Shown piece by piece: positions 41,227 to 50,712 of a stretch of 64,000 bases of DNA. The position numbers and the translations under genes are program-made. This DNA comes from Octopus sinensis. Taxonomy: Eukaryota. The stretch is taken from assembly GCF_006345805.1 (NCBI RefSeq), contig NC_043004.1, forward strand, positions 101,928,001 through 101,992,000. The letters run 5' to 3'. Numbering within the stretch: the first letter of the stretch is position 1; each line of letters starts with the position of its first letter. The notes under the pieces are model-generated. The model made no database searches, was not told the origin of the DNA, and was given only the letters and a program-made list of their open reading frames with translations.

Positions 41227-43761
41227 TAATAATGATAATAATAATAATAATAATAATAATTCATACTGCCATAGGGACAAGGCTCGAAATTTTGCGGGAG
41301 AGTGCTAGTCGATTATATAGACCCCAGTACTTAACTGATACTTATTTTATTGACTCCGATGGGGAAAATGCAAAATTGACCTCGGCACAATTTGGACTCA
41401 GAATGTAAATAATCGGAGCAAATACCACGACACTCTTTTCCAGCACTGTAACTATTTTGCCAGCTTGTTGCCTAGTGTCAAGGCCACTTTCCAGATAGAG
41501 AAATTGAAGACCACAAATTCAGTCGTGTTAGATGTTGACGCATTTAAAATAAAACTTGAGAAAGAACGTACATATAAATACATAGGAATAAATGAATGCA
41601 AGCAGGGAAGAGAAAATCCGTGAGGAATGTTATGGGAGAGTTCGAGCAGTCCTGAAATCGCAACAAAATGCACTTAACATGGTGTAGTCATAAATTCCTT
41701 AGCAGTTCCAGTTGTTACTTATAGCTACGATGTGTTGAATGTCAATAAAGAAAATTGACAGAAAAATACTCAAGCTGCTGAGTTTATTAAGATGCACCAC
41801 TCAAAGGCAGACGTGGATCGCCTTTAGCTTCCCAGGGCCCAAGGAGGTCGCAGCTTAATCCAACTTGAATTTTCTTGCAAAACCACCACAAATGGAATTT
41901 TTTCGCGATAGGGTCATTTTCATTGCCCTAAAATTTTCTTCATAAACAGAGAAGAAAGATTATGTACTTATACCCCATGAAAGTACGCGAGAGCCTTTTG
42001 CGCACCTCATAACATAGAAATGAAACAATACTGAACTGATGTATAGGACAGTGTTTTTGTCTATGAACAAAATCAAACGTACGGCACTATCAGCCTGCTT
42101 TCCTGGATTGTAGACGAAGAGAAAAGACAAATAGTTGGAATGGTAAGATTCACACCCATTCATACACAGACCTAGATTTACTTATATTGCCAAGGTAAAA
42201 TGTTCTCTTCCAGATCTGTCCCATGACTTAAAAGTGATGTAGAGGGAACACCCATCTATTTAGGCCACGCTCATCGTTCTTATCCTGCTCTCAACAAATT
42301 TACTGAAGAGTGGCACTTTCCTCTCCAACCTCATTTGCCTTAGCCACCTGAAAGAGAAAAGTTGCCAGTCCTTTCTAATCAAGAATGACACTGAATCTAC
42401 CTTCACAGTGGACAAGATCTTTAATATAGTACGAGGCCACTTATTATGAGTTAATGAACAATCGATCAGATCAATCAAGTACATAACAGCCACTTTATTT
42501 TTTGCTCATCTCTAAACATTAAAGGACTAAGTCGATTCGGGTTGATTTGAATTCAAAACACAAAGGGATGTAATGAAAGGTAAAGCTTTTAGTCAGCTAA
42601 AAAAAAGCATGTGAGTGTGGTACCTCAATTAGGCAGCAGTCCCACAACTGAAATTAGTAAAACATAATAAAATTATATGTGAAAGATTTCAAATCTTGGT
42701 GAAGAGCATTGCGCTACTGGAATTTCCCAGTCAGGAGGGCAAACGTAGGTACACAGAAGTATTAAAATCAAAAATTTCCTAAAATATCTATAACCTAAGA
42801 AGGATAGGGACTCCACAAAGATTATCATACCTGATGAACACTTGAATGAAAGAATGTATAATTTAAAACCAGACTAGTCAATTGTGAAGTGGCTGAGTTG
42901 ATATGAAAAAAGCCTGAGACCAAGAGGATAGAAAAGGTTGGTAACAATAAGGCAGAGATACTGCAAGAACTACTAGAAGTGACTAAGCAGGATTTAAAAT
43001 TAAGATACTAAGGAACATAGCTACGAGATGTCTCAAGGTTGCTTTTTTTTTTCTACCAAATAATAGCAATAAAGTGTAATATACCTTTTAGATTTAAAGG
43101 ATTATCGTAGTGGATTTCCAAAATAAAAGCTACTGGATCATTTGATGTTCCTATTGACATTCCAGCTTGTTCAGGAAAAGTAAATTTCTGAAGGTAAAAT
43201 TAAAAATAGAAAAAGATTTCGTTAAGCAGCATATGCAGGTTTCGATACAGAAATATGATAACTGGCAGAACATATTTTATTTTCAACAGAAATTTAAAGA
43301 TAGGCAAATTGTTGTTAATGTTACGATCAGAAACTACTCTCAGCAATAAAATATTTGTCAACGATATAGAGCAGTTGTAGAATCAAATTACAGCTCGGTA
43401 CAATGCATTGTTAAGTAATGGAAACTGGATAAAGCAGTGAATTATGAACCACCAAACTTTTAGCTAACCGGTATGTCACTAGCTCGGTCATTCTTAATTA
43501 GCATTTTCTTAAAATGCATATATAAGACAATGATATATGGATAATACGTATAGCAGAAAAAGATATATGGGAAAATGACGCATAAAAGCGATTTAGGTAA
43601 AGCAAAAGATTGTGTAACAGATATAGATGTGCAGTCGAATAAGTGTATGGATCTTTAACTATAATCTGTATATGGTATACGATTCATCTTTTTACAACCA
43701 GAATGAGCGTGGGAAGCGAAAAACACTGAATCGTGTCTTAAGAGTAATTATACTATATCAG

Positions 43762-43825
<64 letters not shown>

Positions 43826-43856
43826 GATACAGACACACACACACTCACATGTAGTC

Positions 43857-43896
<40 letters not shown>

Positions 43897-45531
43897 TGCG
43901 TATGTTCTTTATGTATTACCAAAATTTAACATTATTTTTCTTTTAGTCACCTCTCGTAAATGACATTTTATACCACCACCATAGTGATGATGTCACATTT
44001 TCTATATGTGTGTGTTCACGCGTTCGTTACGTATATATTTGGGTGGTTGAATGGAATAATCGGCAGTACCTAAGGTGATTGTAAATAATTGATTCCATTC
44101 ATCGAGAGAAACTGGATGTTAGATAAATCATTAATTGAGAGTTGGTGAGAACAAGAAGAAGGAAGACCTAAAAATAAATTTTAATTTTAAATGCTTTCGT
44201 TAACATTAACAGGATGTCATACCGGAGAATATGAATGCGAAATATGATCTGAAAGTAACTTTAGGGATGCCGCCATCGGGAGACAGAGAGTTTCGTAAGA
44301 GGATAAGAAGATAAGAGGATAAAGGGAGAAAGTGTTGATTCATATATCAGCATCTGCAAATAAGTAAGGTCGGTTTCCGCTTGTTGTTTAACTCCATTCC
44401 AATTTTGCTTAAGTAGATATATGATCAAAAGCACTCAAGTCGTGACTATCCTGTCTGTCTATTTATTTATTTATTTATTTATTTGAAATCATGCATTATC
44501 CCGTGTCTCCTTCCTCTTTAAGACCGTAGACTATGATTTCAAGGAAATTTCCTACAATTTCTAATAAGCAGAAAAAAATGTTTAGAAGTTTCTTCGCTGG
44601 CTCAAACTCCATTATAATCTGCCGATGGTCATACAGATCAGATGACAAAAGTAAGACAAGCATCAATATTATAGCAAGCATGAAGGTGGCGAGCTGGCAC
44701 AATCGTTAGCACGCCGGGCAAAATACTTAGCGATATTTCGTCCGTCTTTACGTACTGAGTTCAAATTCCGCCGAGGTTGACTTTGCCTTTCATCCTTTCA
44801 GGGTCGATAAAATAAGTAGCAGCTAAGTACTAAGATTAACGCAGTCAACTTACCATCTCTTCTAAACTTGCTAGCCTTATGCCAAAATTTGAAGCCAATA
44901 TTATTATAATGAACAGAGTGATTAGTAGAAAGATGCAAATTATACAGAATATTTCCAGGAGTGGCTGTATGGTAGGTAGCTTGCTTACCAACCAAATGGT
45001 TCCGGGTTCAATCCCACTGCGTGGCACCGTGGGCAAGTGTCTTCTACTATAGCCTCAGGCCGACCAAAGCCTTGTGAGTGGATTTGGTAGATGAAAATTA
45101 AAGAAGCCAGTCGTATATATGTATATATATATATATATATATATAATAATAAATATTAGGGAATAAATCCAAATTTACAGGGAAAAAATCAGATTTAGGA
45201 TTAAATCCAATTTTATAGTAAAATATTATAAAATATTATTAGAGACAAAACCACTATTTTGCAAAACAAAACAAGGAAAGACTTAATCAATACATAAAAT
45301 TTTAATAAATAGTCAAAAAAACCGCCACTACAATTGTTTCTTGTCTTGATCGACAATCTTCAGGTGGACTTCCAATAAGTCAGTTTCATAATTTGAAACT
45401 GACACCTGAAGATTGTCGATCAAGACAAGAAACAATTGTAGTGGCGGTTTTTTTGACTATTTATTAAAATTTTATGTATTGATTAAGTCTTTCCTTGTTT
45501 GTTTTGCAAAATAGTGGTTTTGTCTCTAATA

Positions 45532-45604
<73 letters not shown>

Positions 45605-46228
45605 GTGTGTGTTTGTGTCTGTGTTTGTCCCCACAACATCGCTTGACAACCGATGTTGGTGCGTTTACGTCCCCGTAACTTAGCGGTTCGGCAAAAGTGA
45701 CCGACAGAATAAGTACTAGGCTTACAAAAAATAAGTCCTGTGGTCGATTTGCTCGACTAAAAAGGCGGTGCTCCAGCATGGCCGCAATCAAATGACTGAA
45801 ACAAGTAAAAGAGTAATTATTTTTGCATGTGGTGTTTGAATGGAATTTCTGTGTGTTTTGACGTTTCATCATTCGACCTCATTTCAGTCAAGATCCTGGC
45901 AGATTAAGACATACTGGAAACGTTCTGCTATTTAATTCAACCGTCCTCGGTGTTACTCGTTGTGAAAGAGAGCGAGAAAACGTGTAGTGGTCGTAAGGCT
46001 TCGTTCGTCTTTGATTTTTTTGTTCGCGGCATTGCTAAACTTCTCTCCTTTCAAGCAACATCCTAAGAACTTAGCTATAATTTAGCCTAGTTGATTTATC
46101 CTACACAGAAATGTATCATAGGAGAGGCCACCCTCCGAGTAATTGTGTGTATGTATGTATGTATCTATGTATCTATGTATGGGCGTGTATATATATATTT
46201 GTGTATGTATATGTGCATCATGTGTGTG

Positions 46229-46260
<32 letters not shown>

Positions 46261-47421
46261 TGTATGTATGCATGCATGTATGTATGTATGTATGTATGTA
46301 TGTATGTATGTATGTATGTATGTATGTATGCATGTATGTATGTATGCATGTATGCATGTATGTATGTATGCATGTATGTATGTATGTATGTATGTATGTA
46401 TGCATGTATGCATGTATGCATGTATGCATGTATGTATGTATGTATGTATGTATGTGTGTATGTATGTGAATGTATGTGGTTGCAAACATTGAAAGGGATG
46501 TTTCTATAATTATTTTTCCAGTTTCAAAACTATATTGGTGAGGAAATTACTAGCCAGGAAATATAAATTCAATAACTTGAAGACCGAACAGCTCCTTCAT
46601 CGAAGACCTTTTTACATCTGTTCGATTCGTTCTCAGACGATATTAAACTGTACGTGTTCCTATGTTCTAATTTATATCTCGAAATCACTTCGTTAAATTA
46701 GATTCTCTACTGTGACAACTCCGTTTTCTTTTCTGTCATATTTATATTCTAGGCTCAACTGGTTATACAGTATTCTCATCAAAGTTTGAAATGGAAGAAA
46801 AAATTTTGAGGGAAAGTCGGGAACTATTTCTAGCAAGTTATGCTACCATATAGATGTATAGTTCTTTACTGTTTGCATATCAGTATCCCTACCAAGGTAT
46901 TGGTGGTTTTACAAGTTTTCAACGCAATTTTGTAGAAATATAAAAGAATATTATAATAACAGCTGCTGGCCTTGTGCTAAAGTTTGAAACCAATATTCAT
47001 ACGGACAAACTGTAACATCTCAACATAGTTGTTCGCCAGCCCCTAGCTACACCCTGCTTTAGATAAGATGAAATAGCCATGGCTAGAACGCCTTTAATCA
47101 TAGGTTTGTTCAATGAAAGCCAACCTGAAGCCAAACAACCAACAATAAAACCGTCTCAACAACTAAGGACATTTTGAGGTGTCTGAAGTGATGAAAAAAA
47201 TAGCAAAATATTAGCAATAAAGGAAAGCATATTGGTCTTACGCCTCCTCCGATCGCCCATGCGTAGAAAACACTCCTGCAGTGTGTCCAATCAAATGCCA
47301 TATTTGGTAGGTAGCATTCGTTCTCGGTGGTAAGATTCGCCGAAATGTTCAGCCTGAAGCATTCGTATAGCAGCATATGATGTACAAACATCTCGTTGCC
47401 CTTTTGTATCTTTGGTGACAC
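15468..47421 (-). CDS. MOXD1: Spliced gene (5'-partial): DBH-like monooxygenase, MOXD1-like; 10 exons, 1152 nt = 383 aa + stop
   Basis: Manual exon chaining with GT-AG sites and matching phases: 47242-47421, 43085-43187, 40656-40840, 40359-40562, 35637-35696, 25500-25621, 24772-24883, 21850-21927, 16642-16698, 15468-15518. Motifs [53 protein letters not shown] and [12 protein letters not shown] match MOXD1 better than DBH/TBH (recalled family motifs). Orthology versus a lineage-specific paralogue is not resolved. Confidence 0.88.
16160..16495 (-). mobile_element. CORE-type tRNA SINE
   Basis: Same family as 1484-1890, 3'-truncated. Confidence 0.85.
16642..16698 (-). CDS. Probable MOXD1-like C-terminal exon
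   Basis: atttattttctag|TCT...ACG|gtaagt, 57 nt, phase 0/0: [19 protein letters not shown]. Strong splice sites, weak homology support. Confidence 0.55.
16866..17175 (+). mobile_element. tRNA SINE (OR1-like head) with tail type B
   Basis: Same head; tail ctgcgatggactggcgtcctgtccagc...gaaactgggaaaccgggcccatgagcc...gacttt. Confidence 0.8.
18075..18410 (-). mobile_element. (TA)n-flanked Penelope pLTR-like/retrozyme-like element
   Basis: About 340 bp non-coding, bounded by (TA)n on both sides, containing a hammerhead-like motif. Confidence 0.55.
18207..18244 (-). ncRNA. Minimal hammerhead motif (A6U variant)
   Basis: UCUUU-CUGUUGA-A-GAGC[GUAG]GCUC-GAAAC-GUA/AAAGA. Confidence 0.62.
19230..20940 (+). 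mobile_element. Degraded RTE LINE (APE + N-terminal RT)
   Basis: [68 protein letters not shown]. Stops, an internal EN deletion, and a 3' end cut at the mariner junction. Confidence 0.93.
20940..21560 (-). mobile_element. Mariner 5' half (HTH region)
   Basis: [26 protein letters not shown]; [42 protein letters not shown]. Confidence 0.9.
21850..21927 (-). CDS. Probable MOXD1-like C-terminal exon
   Basis: ttttattttatag|ATT...AAG|gttcgt, 78 nt, phase 0/0: [26 protein letters not shown]. An alternative donor (gtaatg) lies 8 nt further. Confidence 0.6.
24400..24630 (-). mobile_element. Third SINE family (gcctttcatcctttcgggg central domain)
   Basis: Full copy with an 18-bp TSD tatgtaaatataaatact (24381-24398 / 24634-24651). 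Degenerate copies lie near 22770-23190, 34575-34770, 35170-35400, 41270-41470, 44690-44900, 49886-50095 and 58790-58990. Confidence 0.85.
24772..24883 (-). CDS. MOXD1: MOXD1-like C-terminal exon
   Basis: catcgtttag|T CTC...GAG|gtaagt, 112 nt, phase 2/0, which matches the previous exon: [37 protein letters not shown]. Confidence 0.75.
25500..25621 (-). CDS. MOXD1: MOXD1-like exon (CuM Met)
   Basis: ccaatactag|GGC...GGC AA|gtacgt, 122 nt, phase 0/2: [40 protein letters not shown](N). Confidence 0.92.
25630..26540. repeat. (TAA)n arrays flanking an R4/Dong 3' end
   Basis: Directly visible at 25630-25862 and 26077-26540. Confidence 0.95.
25862..26077 (+). mobile_element. R4/Dong-clade LINE 3' end
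   Basis: [33 protein letters not shown], then a 3' UTR ending in (TAA)n. Confidence 0.8.
26539..27050 (+). mobile_element. R4/Dong-clade LINE internal fragment
   Basis: [51 protein letters not shown]. Confidence 0.85.
28500..32210 (+). mobile_element. Near full-length RTE LINE (APE-RT-PHD), inactivated
   Basis: ORFs 28847-30208 and 30274-31677 form one ORF split by a 4-nt deletion at about 30192. Other lesions: in-frame TGA at 28760-28762, YADD read as CDD, GDFN read as GDFK. 3' UTR with (ATG)n tail. The 5' UTR may extend to about 27755. Confidence 0.95.
32200..32616. repeat. TACA/TA compound minisatellite
   Basis: Repeated tacttacatacatacatata-type units. Confidence 0.9.
32615..33352. repeat. 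Direct duplication of about 340 bp (period 399)
   Basis: tattttgtcgggtttgttctgag... starts at 32615 and 33014; copies differ by small indels; (TA)n on both flanks. Confidence 0.92.
33883..34270 (-). mobile_element. tRNA SINE (OR1-like, tail A), full length
   Basis: 10-bp TSD acctatgtgt at 33873-33882 and 34271-34280. Confidence 0.9.
35637..35696 (-). CDS. MOXD1: MOXD1-like exon
   Basis: tctgtttccag|GGA...TAT|gtaagt, 60 nt, phase 0/0: [20 protein letters not shown]. Confidence 0.9.
36140..36450 (+). mobile_element. 5'-truncated RTE (BovB-like) 3' end with C2H2 zinc finger
   Basis: [23 protein letters not shown]...[23 protein letters not shown]; (TTA)n tail; TSD tactgacctc at 36130-36139 and 36451-36460. 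Confidence 0.92.
36500..38945 (-). mobile_element. Ty3/Gypsy (Mag-like) internal remnant
   Basis: Gag [18 protein letters not shown]; [18 protein letters not shown]; protease LDTGSDIT; [31 protein letters not shown]; most of RNase H/integrase missing; PPT-like aaaaggggaga at about 36505-36516. Confidence 0.9.
38334..38717 (+). mobile_element. tRNA SINE (OR1-like, tail A) inserted in Gypsy gag
   Basis: 12-bp TSD acttttaatatc at 38322-38333 and 38718-38729. Confidence 0.93.
40359..40562 (-). CDS. MOXD1: MOXD1-like exon (CuM HxH)
   Basis: ttttcttgtccatttcaaag|AGA...ATG|gtaaga, 204 nt, phase 0/0: [68 protein letters not shown]. The exact acceptor is less certain than the donor. Confidence 0.88.
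40656..40840 (-). CDS. MOXD1: MOXD1-like exon
   Basis: attatag|GC CAT...TTA|gtaagt, 185 nt, phase 1/0: [61 protein letters not shown]. Confidence 0.92.
40842..41260. repeat. (TAA/TGA)n array containing an ~85-bp insert at 41038-41122 (probable R4/Dong 3' end)
   Basis: Array is directly visible; the insert identity is inferred from its (TAA)n context. Confidence 0.75.
41490..41890 (+). mobile_element. R4/Dong-clade RT fragment
   Basis: [56 protein letters not shown]. Confidence 0.82.
43085..43187 (-). CDS. MOXD1: MOXD1-like exon (third CuH His)
   Basis: accttcag|AAA...AAAG|gtatat, 103 nt, phase 0/1: [34 protein letters not shown](G). Confidence 0.92.
45325..45367 (-). ncRNA. Minimal type I hammerhead ribozyme, canonical core
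   Basis: CCAC-CUGAAGA-UUGUC[GAUCAA]GACAA-GAAAC-AAUU-GUA/GUGG. Confidence 0.85.
45403..45444 (+). ncRNA. Minimal type I hammerhead ribozyme, inverted twin
   Basis: CAC-CUGAAGA-UUGUC[GAUCAA]GACAA-GAAAC-AAUU-GUA/GUG. Confidence 0.82.
46145..46470. repeat. (TATG)n/(CATG) microsatellite
   Basis: Directly visible. Confidence 0.95.
47242..47421 (-). CDS. MOXD1: MOXD1-like exon (CuH His-His)
   Basis: ttttatcag|GTG...GGC|gtaaga, 180 nt, phase 0/0: [60 protein letters not shown]. Confidence 0.93.
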
Positions 47422-47496
47422 CTGATAAAAGATTTGAACCGAAATTGTTTATAAAAACGCATAAGAATAAAGAAAGTAAATAAAAAGTGTTAAATA

Positions 47497-47860
47497 GGTG
47501 TAGGAGTGGGTGTGTGGTAAGTAGCTTGCTTATTGACCACGTGGTTCGGTGTTCAGTCTCACTGCGGGGCAACTTAAGCACTTCTGCTATAACCTCGGAC
47601 CGACCAAAGCTTTGTGAATGGATTTGGTAGACGGAAACTGAAAGAAAGCCCGTCGTATATACGTGTGTGTTTGTGCGTGTGTGTTTGCCCCCAACACCAT
47701 TGCTTAACAACCGATGTTGGTACATTCACGATCCCGTAACTTTGCTGTTCGGCTAGAGAAACTAGGCTTACAAAGAATAAGTCCTGGGGCCGATTTGTTC
47801 GACTAAAGGCGGTGCTCCAGCATGGCTGCAGTCATATGAATGAAACAAATAAATGAATAA
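47497..47860 (+). mobile_element. CORE-type SINE
   Basis: Same family as 1484-1890. Confidence 0.85.
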
Positions 47861-47918
47861 AAGAATAAAACAATTTTATGCGTAAACGGTATGTATAATA
47901 TTTCTCTTTTATTTTTTT

Positions 47919-48279
47919 CTCTTTTACTTGTTTCAGTCATTTGACTGCGGCCATGCTGGAGCACAGGCTTTAGTCGAGCAAATCGACTCCAGGACTTATT
48001 CTTTGTAAGCCTAACTTACGGGGACGTAAACACACCAATGTTGGTTGTCAAGTAATGTTGGGGGAGATGCAACAAACACAGACACAAACACATACACACA
48101 CATACATATATATACATATATACGATGGGCTTCTTTCAGTTTCCGTCTACCAAATCCACTCACAAGGCTTTGGTCGGCCCGACGCTATAGTAGAAGACAC
48201 TTGCCCAAGGTGCCACGCAGTGGGACTGAACCCGGAACCATGTGGTTGATAAGCAAGCTACTTACCACACAGCCACTCC
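47919..48279 (-). mobile_element. CORE-type SINE (inverted neighbour of 47497-47860)
   Basis: Reverse-complement family match. Confidence 0.85.
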
Positions 48280-48564
48280 ATAATTAGAATTTGTTTGTAA
48301 TGCTTCCGCTATGGTGTGTAAACAAATGTTATTACATCATATTCTCTTCGCACACACAAAAATAAGAAAATTGCCTACTTGTGTTTCATAACAGGTTAAC
48401 TATTCTGTAGAGGACAAGAATGTCCCAGCCTTCTGTCTGCGAGAAGAGCCCCAGAGTAATCGCTTCTTTTAAAAATTTCTGTCACAAAATAATACTTAAA
48501 TAAAACGGTTAGACTAATTCGTATATCATGTACTAGTCAGTGACGTGGTTACATAGTAAATAAG

Positions 48565-48797
48565 GCGGCGAGCTGGCAGAATCGTTAGCACGCCGAGCGA
48601 AATGTTTTGCCGTATTTCGTCTGCCGCTACGTTCTGAGTTCAAATTCCACCGAAATCGACTTTGCCTTTCATCCTTTCGGGGTCGATAAATTAAGTACAA
48701 GTTGCTCACTGGGATCGATGTAATCGACTTAATCCCTTTGTCTGTCCTTGTTTGTCCCCTCTATGTTTAATCCCTTGTGGGTAATAAAGAAATAAGA
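48565..48797 (+). mobile_element. Third SINE family, full copy
   Basis: 15-bp TSD tacatagtaaataag at 48550-48564 and 48798-48812. Confidence 0.9.
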
Positions 48798-50325
48798 TAC
48801 ATAGTAAATAAGTATATATATTAGACAGTCTTCTATATAAGATCTATTTGATATAGTTTATAATGCACACGCAGCGAAAACTAGAAGAAAATATGAATAC
48901 CATTTGTTAGGAGTTTACCGTGGCGTGTCTCAGGGCAGATTGGCTATTATTCGTTAATCTTGTCTTAAACGTCTGAAATATTTGTTCTAGTATCAGCACA
49001 ATCGGGACGGATTAATGGTAGAGTATTGGATAAAACATTTTGGTCAATTTTGTCACGTTTCTTTTATTTTCTGAGTTAAAAAATACCATCCATAATCTAT
49101 TTGTTCTGCCATAGAACCGGGGTTTTACCCGGTTTCCATGACATATAAATGACTGAGATTGCAGCACAACCTTCTGAACGGGACGCTAGTCCGTCGCAGG
49201 GTTAACTTCCCAGTTACTACTACGGCTCATTTACAGCTGAGCGAACTGGGGCGGCGTGATATTAAATGTCCAGTTCGGGAATTGAAACCATGATCGTTAG
49301 AGAAACACCTTAAGACCTGATCACTAAGTGACGCGCCTTCACAATAAAATAGGTAACAGTTGATAGAATATAAAAAGATATTGCAATAGATGTAATATAC
49401 CCTAAAATGTGGAGGCGCAATGGCTGAGTGTTTATTGAGCGAAAACACCTAAAGCTCCACGAGGCTCCGGCAGGGGATGGTGGTGATCCCTGCTGTACTC
49501 TTTCACCACAACTTTCTCTCACTCTTACTTCCTGTTTCTGTTATACCTGTATTTCAAGGGGCCGGCCTTGTCACTCTCTGTGTCACGCTGAATATCCCCG
49601 AGAACTACGTTAAGGGTACACGTGTCTGTGGAGTGCTCAGCCACTTACACGTTAATTTCACGAGCAGGCTGTTCCGTTGATTCAGATCAACTGGAACCCT
49701 CGTCGTCGTAACCGACGGAGTGCTTCCATCCAATTCACAACCTCACGATCATAAGCTCGACGCACTAACTACTGAGCCATGCGCCTTCACTGAGCCATGT
49801 GATCAACTGATTATTAATTGAAGAAATAGAAAAAAATTATAATGAATGTTTTTTTATTTTTTATTTTAATGAACTGTTATGAATAAGGCAGCGAGCTGGC
49901 AGAATCGTGTGCATGCCGGACAAAATGCAAAGCAGTATTTCGTCCATATTTAGTTCTTAATTCAAATTCCGCTGAGGTCGCCTTTACCTTTCATCCTTTC
50001 GGAGTAAATAAGTACCAATCAAACACTGGTATCGATGTATTCGACTCACCCTTCCCTAAAATTACTAACCTTGTGCCAAAAATTTGAAGCCAATATCTTG
50101 TTATGAATAAATATCAGACGCTATCAAAGTAGGATCCCTGCACACGAAAGAATGCCTTCGGTAATTCACGAAGTTATACAAAGCAATTTTCAAGGGTGAA
50201 CAATTGGGTCAGCAACTAAATTTAAGATCTTTTCAAATAATGTTACTATGCTTACAAACACTGTAAGATATGTTCTAATTGTTTATTTCCACGCATTGAT
50301 TCACTTGTTATATAATACACAGGCG

Positions 50326-50712
50326 TGGAGGCGCAATGGCCCAGTGGTTAGGGCAGCGGACTCGCGGTCATAGGATCGCGGTTTCGATTCCCAGAAGAGC
50401 GTTCTGAGTGTTTATTGAGCGAAAACACCTAAAAGCTCCACGAGGCTCCGGCAGGGGATGGTGGTGATCCCTGCTGTACTCTTTCACCACAACTTTCTCT
50501 CACTCTTACTTGCTGTTTCTGTTGTACCTGTATTTCAAAAGGCCGGCCTTGTCACTCTCTGTGTCACGCTGAATATCCCCGAGAACTACGTTAAGGGTAC
50601 ACGTGTCTGTGGAGTGCTCAGCCACTTACACGTTAATTTCCCGAGCAGGCTGTTCCGTTGATTCGGATCAACCGGAACCCTCGTCGTCGTAACCGACGGA
50701 GTGCTTCCATCC
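50326..50712 (+). mobile_element. OR1-like SINE of array unit 1
   Basis: 12-bp TSD aatacacaggcg at 50314-50325 and 50713-50724; inserted at the head of an older CORE-SINE (50720-51030). Confidence 0.9.

Larger units (their letters stand above)
44956..45815 (+). mobile_element. CORE-SINE split by an insertion in its internal TA repeat
   Basis: Head at 44956-45117, tail at about 45590-45815, foreign sequence at about 45150-45541. Confidence 0.85.

Noticed and set aside
45855-45900. Hammerhead-like CUGAAAUGAG...GAAACGUC on the minus strand
   Set aside because: Core has extra bases, weak stem II and no stem I.
1435-46509. Many long ORFs rich in YI, CV, HT, II, LL or NN
   Set aside because: Translations of microsatellites, which lack stop codons in some frames; not genes.
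50140-50200. Minus-strand RELPKAFFR, resembling DBH ELPKGF, as the missing upstream exon
   Set aside because: In-frame stop immediately upstream, no TYWC or HH motif, no suitable splice sites.
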